Shown here: piece by piece, positions 1 through 11,853 of the stretch | Position numbering within the stretch: the stretch's first letter is position 1 | Layout of the letters: the number at the start of each line of letters is the position of its first letter | From: Camelus ferus | Taxonomy: Eukaryota | Length of the DNA: 64,000 nt | Assembly (NCBI RefSeq): GCF_009834535.1 | Contig: NC_045697.1 | Span: 74,154,001 to 74,218,000 of the forward strand | Direction of reading: 5' to 3' | Position numbers and translations under genes: made by a program | The notes under the pieces: model-generated | Databases searched by the model: none | Seen by the model: only the letters and a program-made list of their open reading frames with translations | Told to the model about the DNA's origin: nothing

Positions 1-1189
1 CACACCCAGCTCATTTTCTCCTACTCTTCCATTTGCAAAGAAAACATTTAAGGCAGAGGAGAAAATCTAATATTACCTCCTCTATAAGGAGGAAAATAAG
101 AAATAAGAAAATGAAAGTAAATGGAATTCAGATATTATAGGAGAAATCTATTACATACTCCCGTAGTTAAAGAGCCAGTTCTGAATTATTCCTAATATTG
201 TCTAGTCGGTTTTTTTTTTTTTTTCTGATAGTTTCTCCCTTCCTTCTCCCTCCTCCACCGAATTTAAGAAGTGGGAAGCTCTAGAAAGCAAACGATTTAG
301 AAATCTACAAAAGATAGTTTATGTCAGGAGATAGGTGTGAGATGTCACACCATGAGATCTATCTAGGTAATTGTACTGAACTGTGATTGTGGTTATCTTA
401 AATGAAGCTACAATCATGTCTGTGAAAAATAAGGCATGTTATAGTCACCGGGATGACATAACAGGATTTGCTGAAAATCACATAGGTGTTCATTCCTTTA
501 GAGTGAATTGAATAACATCCAAATATGGTAAGAGATGTTTAGCATGCTTAGATTGAATGACTTTTGAGGAAATAGCTTCAGTTTATTTTGTGATGGTCCT
601 AAGATAATTTGGCACGGTTATTATAACGCATCTTGTTTCAGGCCCTGAATTTCTACCCCTTCCCATCTGCCCTTTCTTTTTCTTCTCCTTTTCTCTTGAA
701 GGTCATTCGTTCTAGTAAACTTCATTTTGATGTGGATATTGTGCAAAGTTTTAAATATCCACTGCAGTACTCGTTATGTGATCCCTCAGAACCTGTCTCT
801 CCCGCTTTGAGGCACACTATGTTTGAACTCTCCTAATCCCACTACGAGTTGTCATTCTGGACTGAAAAACTATGATGAACCTAGAAGGACCAATAGACAA
901 GCTCGCACTTAGCAGGTCTCTTTCCTCAAAAAATGTGCTTGGACTTAGTTATGCAAATTAATTACATTAAATACGTTTAATTAAATGCATTTAAATGAAA
1001 TCTTTAAAGATTCCTACTAGGAGTTACTGCTTTTAAAATATTCTGATAGCTCAGGATTAAAATGTAGAGTCCAGTCTTGTCCTTAAAGAATTTCTTTAAA
1101 TGGAGAAACGGGTATTGTTTGAGCTTTGAAATTAATTTTTCTCAAGGCCATGGATACATTGGAAAGAATGCAAATTTTAAAGTCATACA

Positions 1190-1400
1190 CATTTGGTTTC
1201 CCATCCTGGCTCTTCTGTTTACTACCTGTAAGACTTTGAGAAAATCACTTAAAATTTCTGAGCTTCAGTTTCTCTATCTGTGAAAGTACGATAATGATAA
1301 TTACCACATTGTGTAGTTGGGAGAATAAAATTAGGTAATTACATGAAACACCTAGTATATTAGCTGACATGTGGTGTGTGCTCTATAAATGGTCGTTATT
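1190..1400 (+). mobile_element. MIR SINE relic
   Basis: Core-like sequence 'cttaaaatttctgagcttcagtttctctatctgtgaaa...ataatgataatt'. Confidence 0.65.
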
Positions 1401-3072
1401 TTTAATTTTAGGAATGATGGTTACCATAATGATAGAACAGGATTTGCCCTTTATTAGTCCAAATTTACTAATCAGCTAATCTATTTCAACTCTTTTCTGT
1501 CCTTTGATGAAGAGACCACACATAAGAAATTCAGGAAAAGGCCATTACTTTATCTGTAATAACATGTTTTTTCTGTCTGAGATTCACTAATTCAGTATCT
1601 TTTTGATCCAGATTTTCCATTAGCAAAATAAAAATGGAAGCTGCTTTTTGTTATTCACTTTCTAAACTTAACTAAAAAATAAGTCTGTGGTCACGAAATA
1701 CAGAAGAGTTTGTCGGTTACTTTGCGGAAGACCTCAGGCTTCTTACATACACCACTGGATTTGTGGTTTTCCTGTGTTCTGTTGGCTCCTGTCTTTGAAG
1801 ACAGAAGGAAAGACTCAGGAGTTAATCCAGTGGTCCTAGAACTGTCTCTGCTGGAGAAAAATTGTCAGGGAGTGTGGAGGAGCACAGCAGAGCTGCAGAG
1901 ATAGGCTGGCCTCCTGATAAGTAACATTCTTCAGATGTAACTCGATAAGATCCAAGTCTGATACCTAATGCCTTATAGACCTTTTAGTATGATTCTTCTG
2001 TAACTGCTCTGGCAACAGTAGAAGTCATTTTCTCATTACTGTTTGAAGCAAGCAGTTCTGTGTTTTGCACTCTGGTCTGTCTGATACCCATCATCACACA
2101 GATGGGTCCTAAATTACCTTATGAGGTTCTTTATTATTGCAATGCCAAGAGTTTTAACTCTGCCTACCTTGGACCTGGTAGTTCCCTGGGAGGCATTGAA
2201 TAAAGACCTGAGCTGGTTAGAGCCCTCAGAGAGATGGCCCAGAGAGCAACTTCAAATTATTTAGTCCGTTGTTGTTCAGTGCTGTGTTGCCATTTGCGTT
2301 ATACAATTCACTGCTCTGTCTCTGGAAGCAAGTTCTCTAGAGTTCTAAGATATGTAAGGTCTTTCTTTGGTGTCCCAGAGCTCACCTCTTAACTATACAG
2401 TCTACCCCTTCAATTCAATTTCTGACCAACATCATCTTAATAATGTGAATCCTAAGTTGTAATTAAAAAAAAAAATTGGTACAGGAGGTAAGAGCTACTA
2501 AATAAACAGTAGATCATGGTTTTAATGAGCAGATCAGAAACCTTTGTAAAAGATTGTGATCACATCAACATAGTCATTCCTACTAAGCCCTAAGTTGTAC
2601 AATAACAGTTCGATGCCAGCCTGCTGTTAGTGGCGTCTTCATTCCTTCAACAGACTTGTTCAGTTAACTGGCATTTATTGAATATGTTATATAGTGAGCA
2701 TAAAACAGAACATGTACCAGGAATTACAACTACAAAATCATTAAGAAAAAAAGTGTCTGACTTTTACTCCAAAGGGGCCTGAAGTCTCAGGAAAAAATAA
2801 GACAGGTAAACAAATGCAATAAAGGGGCAGGACAGAAGTAGAGGTGAGGTCAGTGTGTCCACAAGAGGAGGAAATGGTCTATTCAGGGTTGGGCGGAGAG
2901 GTTGTGAGAACACATTGCCTGTTCTTTGAGTATTAAGGAACCCCTTCCCATTTACCTGCCTCTATACTCCCTTTAGTGAAATGGGAAGTACTTGTATCAG
3001 TAATGTGACATCATTACAAATAAGGTGTGTTCTAGAGTTTGAAGGGCAAATCTTTATAAAAAGTCAAGGCAC

Positions 3073-3580
3073 TTTTAAAGCTAAGTAATTTCTCTCTCAG
3101 AAATCAATAGCTGGGTCTGTGAAATAAACTAACAACAGGCAGATTAACAGGAGGAAATGTATACAGGTATGTTGATTTGAATATTATGTGCCAGGGAGGC
3201 ATCACAGGGAAAAAAAGTGAATATCTCAAAAAAGGTTAAGATTAGAGAGCTTATAAACTATCTTAATAGGGGAAAGGAAGGAGGAATGCGGTCCACTTGG
3301 GGGAGCATAAATAACTAGGAAAGATGAATGGGCCCTTAGAAGAATCTAGGGGAGAGGTAAGAGTTGGTGACTATCTGTGCCTGTCCGGCTGTGGTGTCGA
3401 TTTTTAGTCTTCTGTCCTGTGACAGGAGTCAGTGTTCCCTGGTTGACAACTGAGCTTCCTTTGGAGAATCTGTCTTTAGGTGCAGAGAAAGCCTCTCCCT
3501 GCGTTTGCTGCTTTTCAAATGCTTTCAGCTCAAATAAGGTGGCAAAGCAGCAAATTTGGGGGGATATGTCTTGGACTTGA
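3073..3580 (-). mobile_element. ERV1-class solo LTR (MER34/MER39-like)
   Basis: Shares blocks 'ctgtgaaataaact...cagattaacaggag' and 'ttcagctcaaa...atttggggg' with the LTR at 4806-5380. Confidence 0.6.
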
Positions 3581-4805
3581 GCTCCTGGTAGTAGAGCTTA
3601 GAGTTGATAAAGAACGCTTTAAATATTTGTAAAATTTAGTGCATCTCGTTCATTGACTAAGTAGGAATTTTATCTGTATGGTTTATCAGTTAATAAGAAG
3701 TCAAAGCATGTTGAGGTTTGCAATACTCGTTTTGTGATGTGATGACATTCCTCTGATACTATGATAAAACTTGACCTGCTAAATTTTTCACTTTGGAATG
3801 CAAATCCTATCTTTGGAATTATTGTGGCAGTCCTCTTCTGGCATGTTGTCGCTGTTTAATAAATACTATCTTTTGGTTTAATTGTCAGGAAACAAAATTA
3901 CAAAGTTAGGTTAAGCAAACCTGCCCTATTGTAGTAGCTTAATTTCCCACTTCCTTGGGTATCTTGACATGATTTCTTGAATTTTATGCCTGTTGTCTTT
4001 TATTTGCATCTCAATAAAACTTACTATACATCCAAAAAACTGAAAACCCTACTCTATAGTAGTGGGTGGTGGTAGTGGTGGTGTATACATTTGCAAATGA
4101 AAAGAATGGAATCATATACTGGAAACAAGCAGCTCCTTATCTGGGAATTTCAATAGAATTCTATGAAGTAAGCCTGAATTGTGTCTTAAATGCAGCAGGG
4201 AAATAGAGGGTTATGATTAAAAGCCTTTGTCCCAGGTTGTTCTGAACAACTTTTTTCTTGTAATGAGTCGGAGAATAAATGAATACTCTGTGATACCTGC
4301 ACTGAGGCCCGTGACAGTGAATGTGACCTTGACTGACTGACATCCAGCTCTTAGAAGAAAATCTAAAGGTCATGTCATCTAGTTGCTGCTCTAAGTACAC
4401 TGAGCCATTGTATGTGAGGGCATAGAAACTGTCTTTCCTGAATGCTTCCTAATGTTAGGTCTCCAATGTCACTACAAAAGCTGTCACAGATTTCTGCTTC
4501 TGTCTTTGTTGTGAAATAGTTGATGAAGACATTGTTTACCTCTCTCAGTGCCATCCAGTTTTACTCAAGAAAAAACTCTGGCTCCTCTCAAGAATTAGAA
4601 TATGCCCCTCTTGTAGATTAAAAAAACAAGCAACTTACTATATTTGGCTGTCTGGAGCTTAGAGTCAATTTTGTACTTAACGCCTGGCCTTTACATTAGC
4701 TGCTTTCCTTGTGTAAAAGTTTCTTCCCCAAATCCCTGCAAGTGTAGATTCTCATCATTGGGATCTCTGCTCACTTTCTGGGAGAGTCCTCCCTGACCAT
4801 CCTTC

Positions 4806-5380
4806 TATTAGGGGAGGAAAGACTTTTCCATAATCCTTTTAGGTTCTGTGACTGGGACCTGTGAGTGAAACTCCCAAAGGACAGAATAACAGGAGAAAAA
4901 GCAATCACATTTTATTTGATGTTAATATTTTTGCATGGCACAGAGGGCTTCATAGGAAGAAGTGAAAATTTCAAAGCAGTTATACCCAGGGGCTTATATA
5001 CCATTTTAACAAAGAGTGATAAATTGTGGAGATGTGGCAAGACAAAGGAAAGAGGGATTTGAGCTAGGGGTATTAACTTGTGAGAAAGTGAACAGGAAAC
5101 ACATGGGGGAAACTAATGGAATATAAGGGTTATTTTAGTAAGGCTTCTGTATATAGACTCATCTTGATATCAACTCCCTGTTTCTGGTGAAAAGAATTCT
5201 CTCCTCTTTCTGATGCAGGAAGGGCATCTTTCTCACAGGGAATTTATACCTTCCTTTTAGGTAGAAAGGGGGAGAGCAGAGGACCCTTCCTGAATCTCCT
5301 GTTACTGAACTGCCTTCAGCTCAAAGTAATCAGCATGTCAAGGTGGCATATTTGGGGGTGGTATGTTCTGATCTCCTTCA
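4806..5380 (-). mobile_element. ERV1-class solo LTR (MER34/MER39-like)
   Basis: The minus strand begins TGAAGGAGATCAGAACATACCACCCCCAAATATGCCAC, typical of this LTR group as recalled. A minus-strand AATAAA appears as ttttattt near 4910. Confidence 0.7.
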
Positions 5381-5924
5381 GTGACCTTCATACCACCTAC
5401 TGCTCTCTGAAAGGATGCTATTCTATTCTATTTTTGCCCCCTCTCTTCCACTTGAATATAATTCTCCTTGGCGGATAGAGATTTAGTCTTATTTTAACAC
5501 TTAAGCTGTGCCTGGTATAGGGTAGATGCTCAGCTCAAAGACTACTTACTCAATAATTAAAAAAAAATTCAATGACTGATTACAACTATATTGATCCTTA
5601 TTGGTATATTGGCTTTTACAGCTCTGTGATTTCCATTTTCCCACTACTTAATTAGAGGCAATTTTTGAGTTAACTCCTCTAATTTCTTTTTCTGTAAAAG
5701 GAAAGAATATAAAGAAAAAAAGAAACAAGAAAATAGAATTTCTTGGTCAAAGAAATGAAATCTCAGTTTTAATGAATTGATTCAACAGGCATTTGCTAGG
5801 TGTTCATATGTGCCAGATATTAACTAGAGCCTGAGAATATAAAAATCAACCAGAAGCAAACCCAGTCTATTGAGCAAGACAGGCAGTGAACCAATAATTG
5901 TAGCCTAAGTGCCTGAAATAAGGG

Positions 5925-6345
5925 TGCAGGTTGGCTTCCTGGGTTGCAGATTGAGATGGAAATTTGGGTGCAGGAGGTTTATTAGGGAATGTTCTTATAA
6001 TCACAACCAGGGGAAGAGAGGAGAAGAGCAGATGATGGGGAGAGAGAGAGGTTGCCCTGTGATATGGTCTCAGTGGAAGACTTAGCCAACTCTAAGGCAA
6101 GTTCTGAAGATGAGATGATCCTTTGGAGTTGTCCCAGCCATGTGAAGGACCTGGACCCCTATATCAGCCTTCAAGTTATTGGATGGGGCCACCGTGGGAA
6201 GGGGGCATGACCTGACAGGTGCTCTCATCTGAGATAATTCCTGAAAAGGGGCTGTCGGCTGGTGATGCTCCCAGCAGTGGGGGCCATGCGCCCTTTATTC
6301 CTGAAGGGGAACTGGTCAGCTCATCACAGCACCAGCTCCAAATTA
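5925..6345. mobile_element. Old MaLR/ERVL-type LTR relic
   Basis: Degenerate motifs 'gcagattgagatggaaatttgggtgcaggaggtttattaggga'. Confidence 0.45.
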
Positions 6346-7459
6346 GTGGTTATTATTATATTAGAGACACAAGTAAATCAAATATAGGGATTGTGATGAG
6401 AAAGAGTTTGTACCTCTAAAGTGTCAAAACAAGAGATAGCTGAAATCTGAATCCTGAAATCCAGTTTGGATCCTTTTAGCAGCGTGCAGAGGGCATTCCA
6501 GATAGAGGGATTAAACATGTCCTAGTATGTGGAACAAAGCAATAAAGCTAGTTTTCCTGTTTGGGCTTCACAGATGACAAAGATGGTACTAATACCAACC
6601 AGCATCTGTACTGGGCACGCAGGTACATTACATCACTCCATGCTCTTAACAACTTCGCTAAGAAGTTACTGTCAAATATTTAGGGATAACAAATTTAAGG
6701 TTAAGGGAGGTATAAGCACTTGCTCAGTATTACACAGCTAGTAAGTGGCGAAGTCAGAGTTTTACTGAGGTCTCCTTGGCTCCAAGGTCCATGCTTTTTC
6801 AAACACCATGCAGTCTCTATTGTCCTAAACTCCAGTTTTCAGTAGCACCTCTTTTGTGGTTTGTTTTTAAGGGATAGACTGATTCTGATAAAATTTTGAA
6901 CAATACTTAGAAATATCAAGAGACCCTTAAGTTCTATCAGTACTTCACCTGCAGTCTTCAAGTCAACAGTGACCAGCAATAGTTCATGCTTTTCAACAAA
7001 ATATTTTATGTGAAGTTAGCAAGATACACCGTTGCCATGAACGAGGTGTGTACTTCCTAGATTCCCTAGAACATTCCACCCTGAAGGTACACATCTAGTG
7101 ATTTGAATTATCTAGTCTTTAAAGCCTGTTCCTCCTCACTAACTCTATAGCACACAGCAGGATGAGGGGGCCTGATGGGAAACTGAGTCAGAGCGTCAAA
7201 CTGTTGCTCCTCTGCATAATACTCCTCAGTACTTTTCCTTGTTCTCTAACAGTGGTATCCAAAGAGAGGTTCAGGTAGCCTGGGGCATTTTTGAGACAAT
7301 TCATTATGAAAAGGAAAAGTAAGTTAGTTTTTAGTCTTATCCTTTGGAAATACCTATTTTTTGTGTATTCTTTATAATGTATGTGATATATTAATACTAT
7401 GCAGGTATTAGAGGTACTTCCTCAAAAACAGTTCAGCTGACACATGAACAAAAACATCT

Positions 7460-7825
7460 GGGATGAAATTCTGCCACGTGCTACAACAGGGACAAAGCTT
7501 GAAGACGTTATGCTAAGTGAAATAAACCAGACACTAAAGTACAAATATCATATGACTCCACTGAAAAGTGGTCCCTGAAATAGTCAAATACATAGACGCA
7601 AAAAGTAGAATGGTGGTTGCCAGAGGCTGGGGGCAAAGGGGGGAAGGGAGTTAGTGTTTAATGGGTCCAGAGCTTCAGTTTGGGGAGATGAAAAAGTTCT
7701 GGAGATGGATGGGGGTGATGGTCGCACAACAATGTGAATGTACTTAACGAAGCCAAATTGTACACTTAACGACAGTTAACAGGGTAAATGTTATGTTCTT
7801 TATATTTTACCACAATAAAAATTAA
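7460..7825 (+). mobile_element. L1MB-type LINE-1 3' end
   Basis: 'ttatgctaagtgaaataaaccagacac...tggtggttgccagaggctgggg...aatgtgaatgtacttaa...ttttaccacaataaaa'. Confidence 0.85.
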
Positions 7826-9362
7826 TCAAGTTTGGAGACCCTATGTTATAATATTAAAATAGATATAAGACCTCTCACAATGTGACTCTCTTTCCATCTC
7901 TGGCCTGAGGGACCATTTTACTTCCGATTGTCTTGCCTTGATACCTGCTGTTTCCTCAGCCTAGAGTGTTGTGCCTCATCCTGGTTGCTTTATAAACTCC
8001 TATTCACCTTTTCAAGTCTTTCTTTCCAAGTTATTACACTCAAGATATATTTAAGTGTCATATCCTGTATACATTTCTCATGTTCATCATTTACACGTCA
8101 ATGTCTCTTTCACTTGGTTGAACTTCTCAAGGACAGGAAAATTTGTATTTTTAGCACCTAGGAAGAGGTGGACTCCATAATCCTGTTTGTCATGTGAATG
8201 AGTGAGTGAATGAATGAGTGAGTAAACAATAAACAGATGGTGTGGCAGTTGTGCAGGGAACATCCAGAAGAGATACCTGGAGAGGCCCTTCCCCATGAGG
8301 GGTTCCTTCGAAGCGAGGTCCTAATCTCTTCACCGACCTTAGGGTCACAGCTCCTGAGTGTCAATCTAACTCAGATGAGGGAATTGCTTTTTAGTTTTTA
8401 TCATATCTCATATTTCTCTTCTTCATATTGTGTTTTCTTGATCATCCTTTACAATTCTGCCATCATTAGCAAGGACATACAAGATCACACAGACCTCCTC
8501 CTGGAGGACCTATAGATTATCTTTTGAAATGTCATCTTACATTTTTATAAGCAGGTATAAAGAAATTAAATTATTTTTGTTCTCGGCTAATTGAAGATTC
8601 TAAGTAGAGTGATTTCCTCCTTTATTTTGTTAACAAAACTTATACATCAAAAAATAGAAATGATGTATTTGAAAATATTCTCCTAGAGTTTGACTTGCTT
8701 GTTAATGTCACACCAGTCAAACATTTAGGATGGTCATTCTGTTACAATGGTGCTACTGGTTTTAAAATATTCAAAACTTAATGGAATATTATTTAAACAT
8801 TGCAATTATAATCTCATAGAGTGTGTTTGCTTTTTTCTCCTGAGCATTTCTGTGTGGGAGTGAAATATTAAATTAAGATGTGAAATTAGATTTCTTTTAA
8901 TGAATACATTCTTGGAAAACAAACTCAATATTCCTCTGACGAAACTGAAGATTTGTTATTTTGCAGTTGCAAGAGAAATTGTTTTTACATATTTGATTTT
9001 TCATATCTAGAATATAATTAACATATAATTATAGTTGAAATTTTCTTTCAATGAATCGTAAATCAAATAAGATTTTGGATTGAGATAAACCTACCAGAGA
9101 AGCTCAGGTCCTGTATCTTTTCTCTACTTATGTTCTTATACATATGTACAAATGAACAACAACAACAAAATAATCATACCAAACAAAGCACTCAAACCAC
9201 AATTTGATCTGATTTTCAAAATATTCTTCTCTATATGTCTGTGCTCAAACTCTGATAACTTTTCTTGTTCTCTGATTACATCATGTGTAGTGAGAGCCTT
9301 TCCAGATATTCACTGTGCGTACTGTGTGCCTAGATACTACACAATTATGCATGCTAACCCTA

Positions 9363-10989
9363 CAGGCATACCATAGTTTGTCGTACTTCACTCTCATGAG
9401 GTTTAAGAAGGCATCACCATAACATCAAAGTGCAAGGTGAAGCAGCAAGTGCTGATGTAGAAGCTGCAGCAAGTTATCCAGAAGATCTAGCTAAGATCAT
9501 TCATGAAGGTGGCTACACTAAACAACAGATTTTCAATTAGAGAAAACAGACTTACATTGGAAGAAGATGCTGTCTAGAACTTTCATAGCTAAAGAGGAGA
9601 AGTCAGTGCCTGGCTTCCAAGCTTCAAAGGACAGGCTGCATCTCTTGTTAGGAGCTAATGCAGCTGGTGACTTTAAGTTGAAGCCAATGCTCATTTACCA
9701 TTCTGAAAATCTTAGAGCACTTAAGAATGATGTGTAATCTACTCCTGCCTGAGCTCTATCAGTGGAACAACAAAACTTGGATGACGGCACATCTGTTCAT
9801 GCCATGGCTCACTGAATACTTTAAGCCCACTCTTGAGACCTATTGCTCAAAGAAAAAAGTTTTTTCAAAATATGACTGCTCAGTGACAACACTCCTGTTC
9901 ACCCAAGAGCTCTGATGAAGATGTACGATGAATTAATGTTGTTTTCAAGTCTGCTAACACAACATCCATTCTGCAGCACATGGATCAAGGAATAATTTTG
10001 ACTCGCAAGTCTTATTATTTAAGAAATACATTTCATAAGGCTATAGCTACCATCGATAGCAATGCTGCTGACGGATCTGGGCAAAGTAAAAGGAAAACCT
10101 CTTGAAAGTTTTCACCATTTTAGATGCCATTAAGAACATTTGTGATTTATCAAAAGAGGTCAAAATACCAACATTCAAAGTAGTTTGGAAGAAGTTGATT
10201 CTAGCCTTCATGGATGATTTTGAGGGGTTCAATATTTCAAGGGAGGAAGAAACTGCAGATGCAATGAAAACAGCAAGAGAACTAGAATTAGCTGTGGAGC
10301 CCGAAGTTGTGACTGAACTGCTGCATCTCATGATAAATCTTAAACCTATGAGGAGTTGCTTCTTACGGATGAGGAAAGAAAATGGTTTCTTGAGATGGAA
10401 TCTACTCCTGGTGAAGATGCTGTGAAGGTTGTTGAAACGACAAGAAATGATTTAGAACATTACATAAACTTAGTTGATAAAGCAGCAGCAGGGTTTCAGA
10501 GGACTGACTAATTTTGAAGGAAGTTCTACTGTGGGTAAAATGCTATTAAACAGCATTGCATCTATGGAGAAGCCTTTCACGAAAGGAAGACTCAATCAAT
10601 GTGGCAATCTTCACCATTGTCTTATTCTAAGAAACTGCCACATTCATGCCAACCTTCAAACATCACCCTGATCAGTCAGCAGCAATTAACATCAAGGCAT
10701 CAAGGCAAGACCCTTCATCAGCAAAAAGACTACGACCTGCTGAGGCTCAGATGATGGTTAGCATTTTTTAGCAATTAAGTATTTTAAAATTATGATATGT
10801 GCATTTTTTAGACATAATGCTATTATACACATAAAAGACTACGATATAGTGTAAACATAATTTTTATTTACTGGGAACTAGAATTAGCTGTGGAGCCTGA
10901 AAAAAACAATCTGTGACTCACTTTATTGCAGTATTTGCTTCATTGCAATGGTCTGGAACTGAACCTGCAATATCTCCTCGGTCTGCCTG
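9363..10989 (+). mobile_element. Tigger1 (TcMar-Tigger) DNA transposon, internally deleted, with decayed transposase
   Basis: Termini CAGGCATACC...GGTCTGCCTG, flanked by TA at 9361-9362 and 10990-10991. ORF fragments 9727..9915 ([18 protein letters not shown]) and 10102..10425 (FTILDAIKNI) are pogo-like DDE transposase remnants broken by frameshifts. Confidence 0.92.
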
Positions 10990-11278
10990 TATACATGTAT
11001 ACTTCTGCATGGATTGCTCTTTTGTATATTCCTTTTGGAACCTGTGGCCTACAATAATTAAGCTGATTTAAAAGAGTCTGTTTCAACTGGTCATGAAGAA
11101 AGGCAACCTTCCATTTCTCTAAAATGTATAAAGTTTGGAGAATGGTATACTCTATATCTAAATCAGCATAATGGTTTTGGTAATAGAGAGGGGGAAAAAG
11201 CAATGACACTCAGATAATTTGTCCATAAATTACTTTAAGTTTATCTTTACCCTGAATTCATGCACAATTGGCAAATAC

Positions 11279-11279
<1 letters not shown>

Positions 11280-11338
<59 letters not shown>
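11280..11338 (+). repeat. (TATC)n tetranucleotide microsatellite
   Basis: Uninterrupted atct repeat run. Confidence 0.95.
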
Positions 11339-11627
11339 TTAAAAGACAAGATGGGGCCAGTCCCCACTCCCATACTTGACTTCCTGTTTTCTAGGGTTCT
11401 GCTCAAAAGTCCCTTATTCAGGAGGCCCTCTGTGACTTCTCTCTATGCAGTAGTAACCACTACCCACCGTCTGCCTTCTTTTCTTTCATAGTGCCTTATC
11501 ACTACCTGTCATGCTATATATTTCTTTGTTAATCATTTTTTTGTTTCTCTCCCATCGCTAAAATGTGTTTCATAAGAGCTGATGTTTTTCTCAGTTTTTT
11601 CATTGCTGTATTGCTGGCATCTAGAAA

Positions 11628-11853
11628 AAGGATTTCTCAACATTGGCACTAGTGACACTTGGGCTGGCTAAATCTTTGTTGCGGGGTGTTGTCCTGTGCA
11701 TGGCAGAATAGCAGCAGCGTCTGTTACCTCTACACAATAGATGCCAGTAGCCCCCTCATCACCCGATGGTGACAATCATAAATGACTCTAGACATTGTCA
11801 AATATCCTGGGTGTGTTGGAGGAGGAGGCAAAATTTGGGGTTGAAAACCACTG
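11628..11853 (+). mobile_element. MER20 (hAT-Charlie) inserted into an L2 3' end
   Basis: 'tttctcaacattggcacta...tgtcctgtgcat...tagatgccagtagc...gttgaaaaccactg', with ATCTAGA on both flanks (hAT-type target duplication). The L2 tail 'tgttaaatgaatgaa' follows. Confidence 0.85.

Noticed and set aside
9727..10671. Functional or domesticated Tigger transposase
   Set aside because: It is fragmented by stops and frameshifts, and the N-terminal region is deleted.
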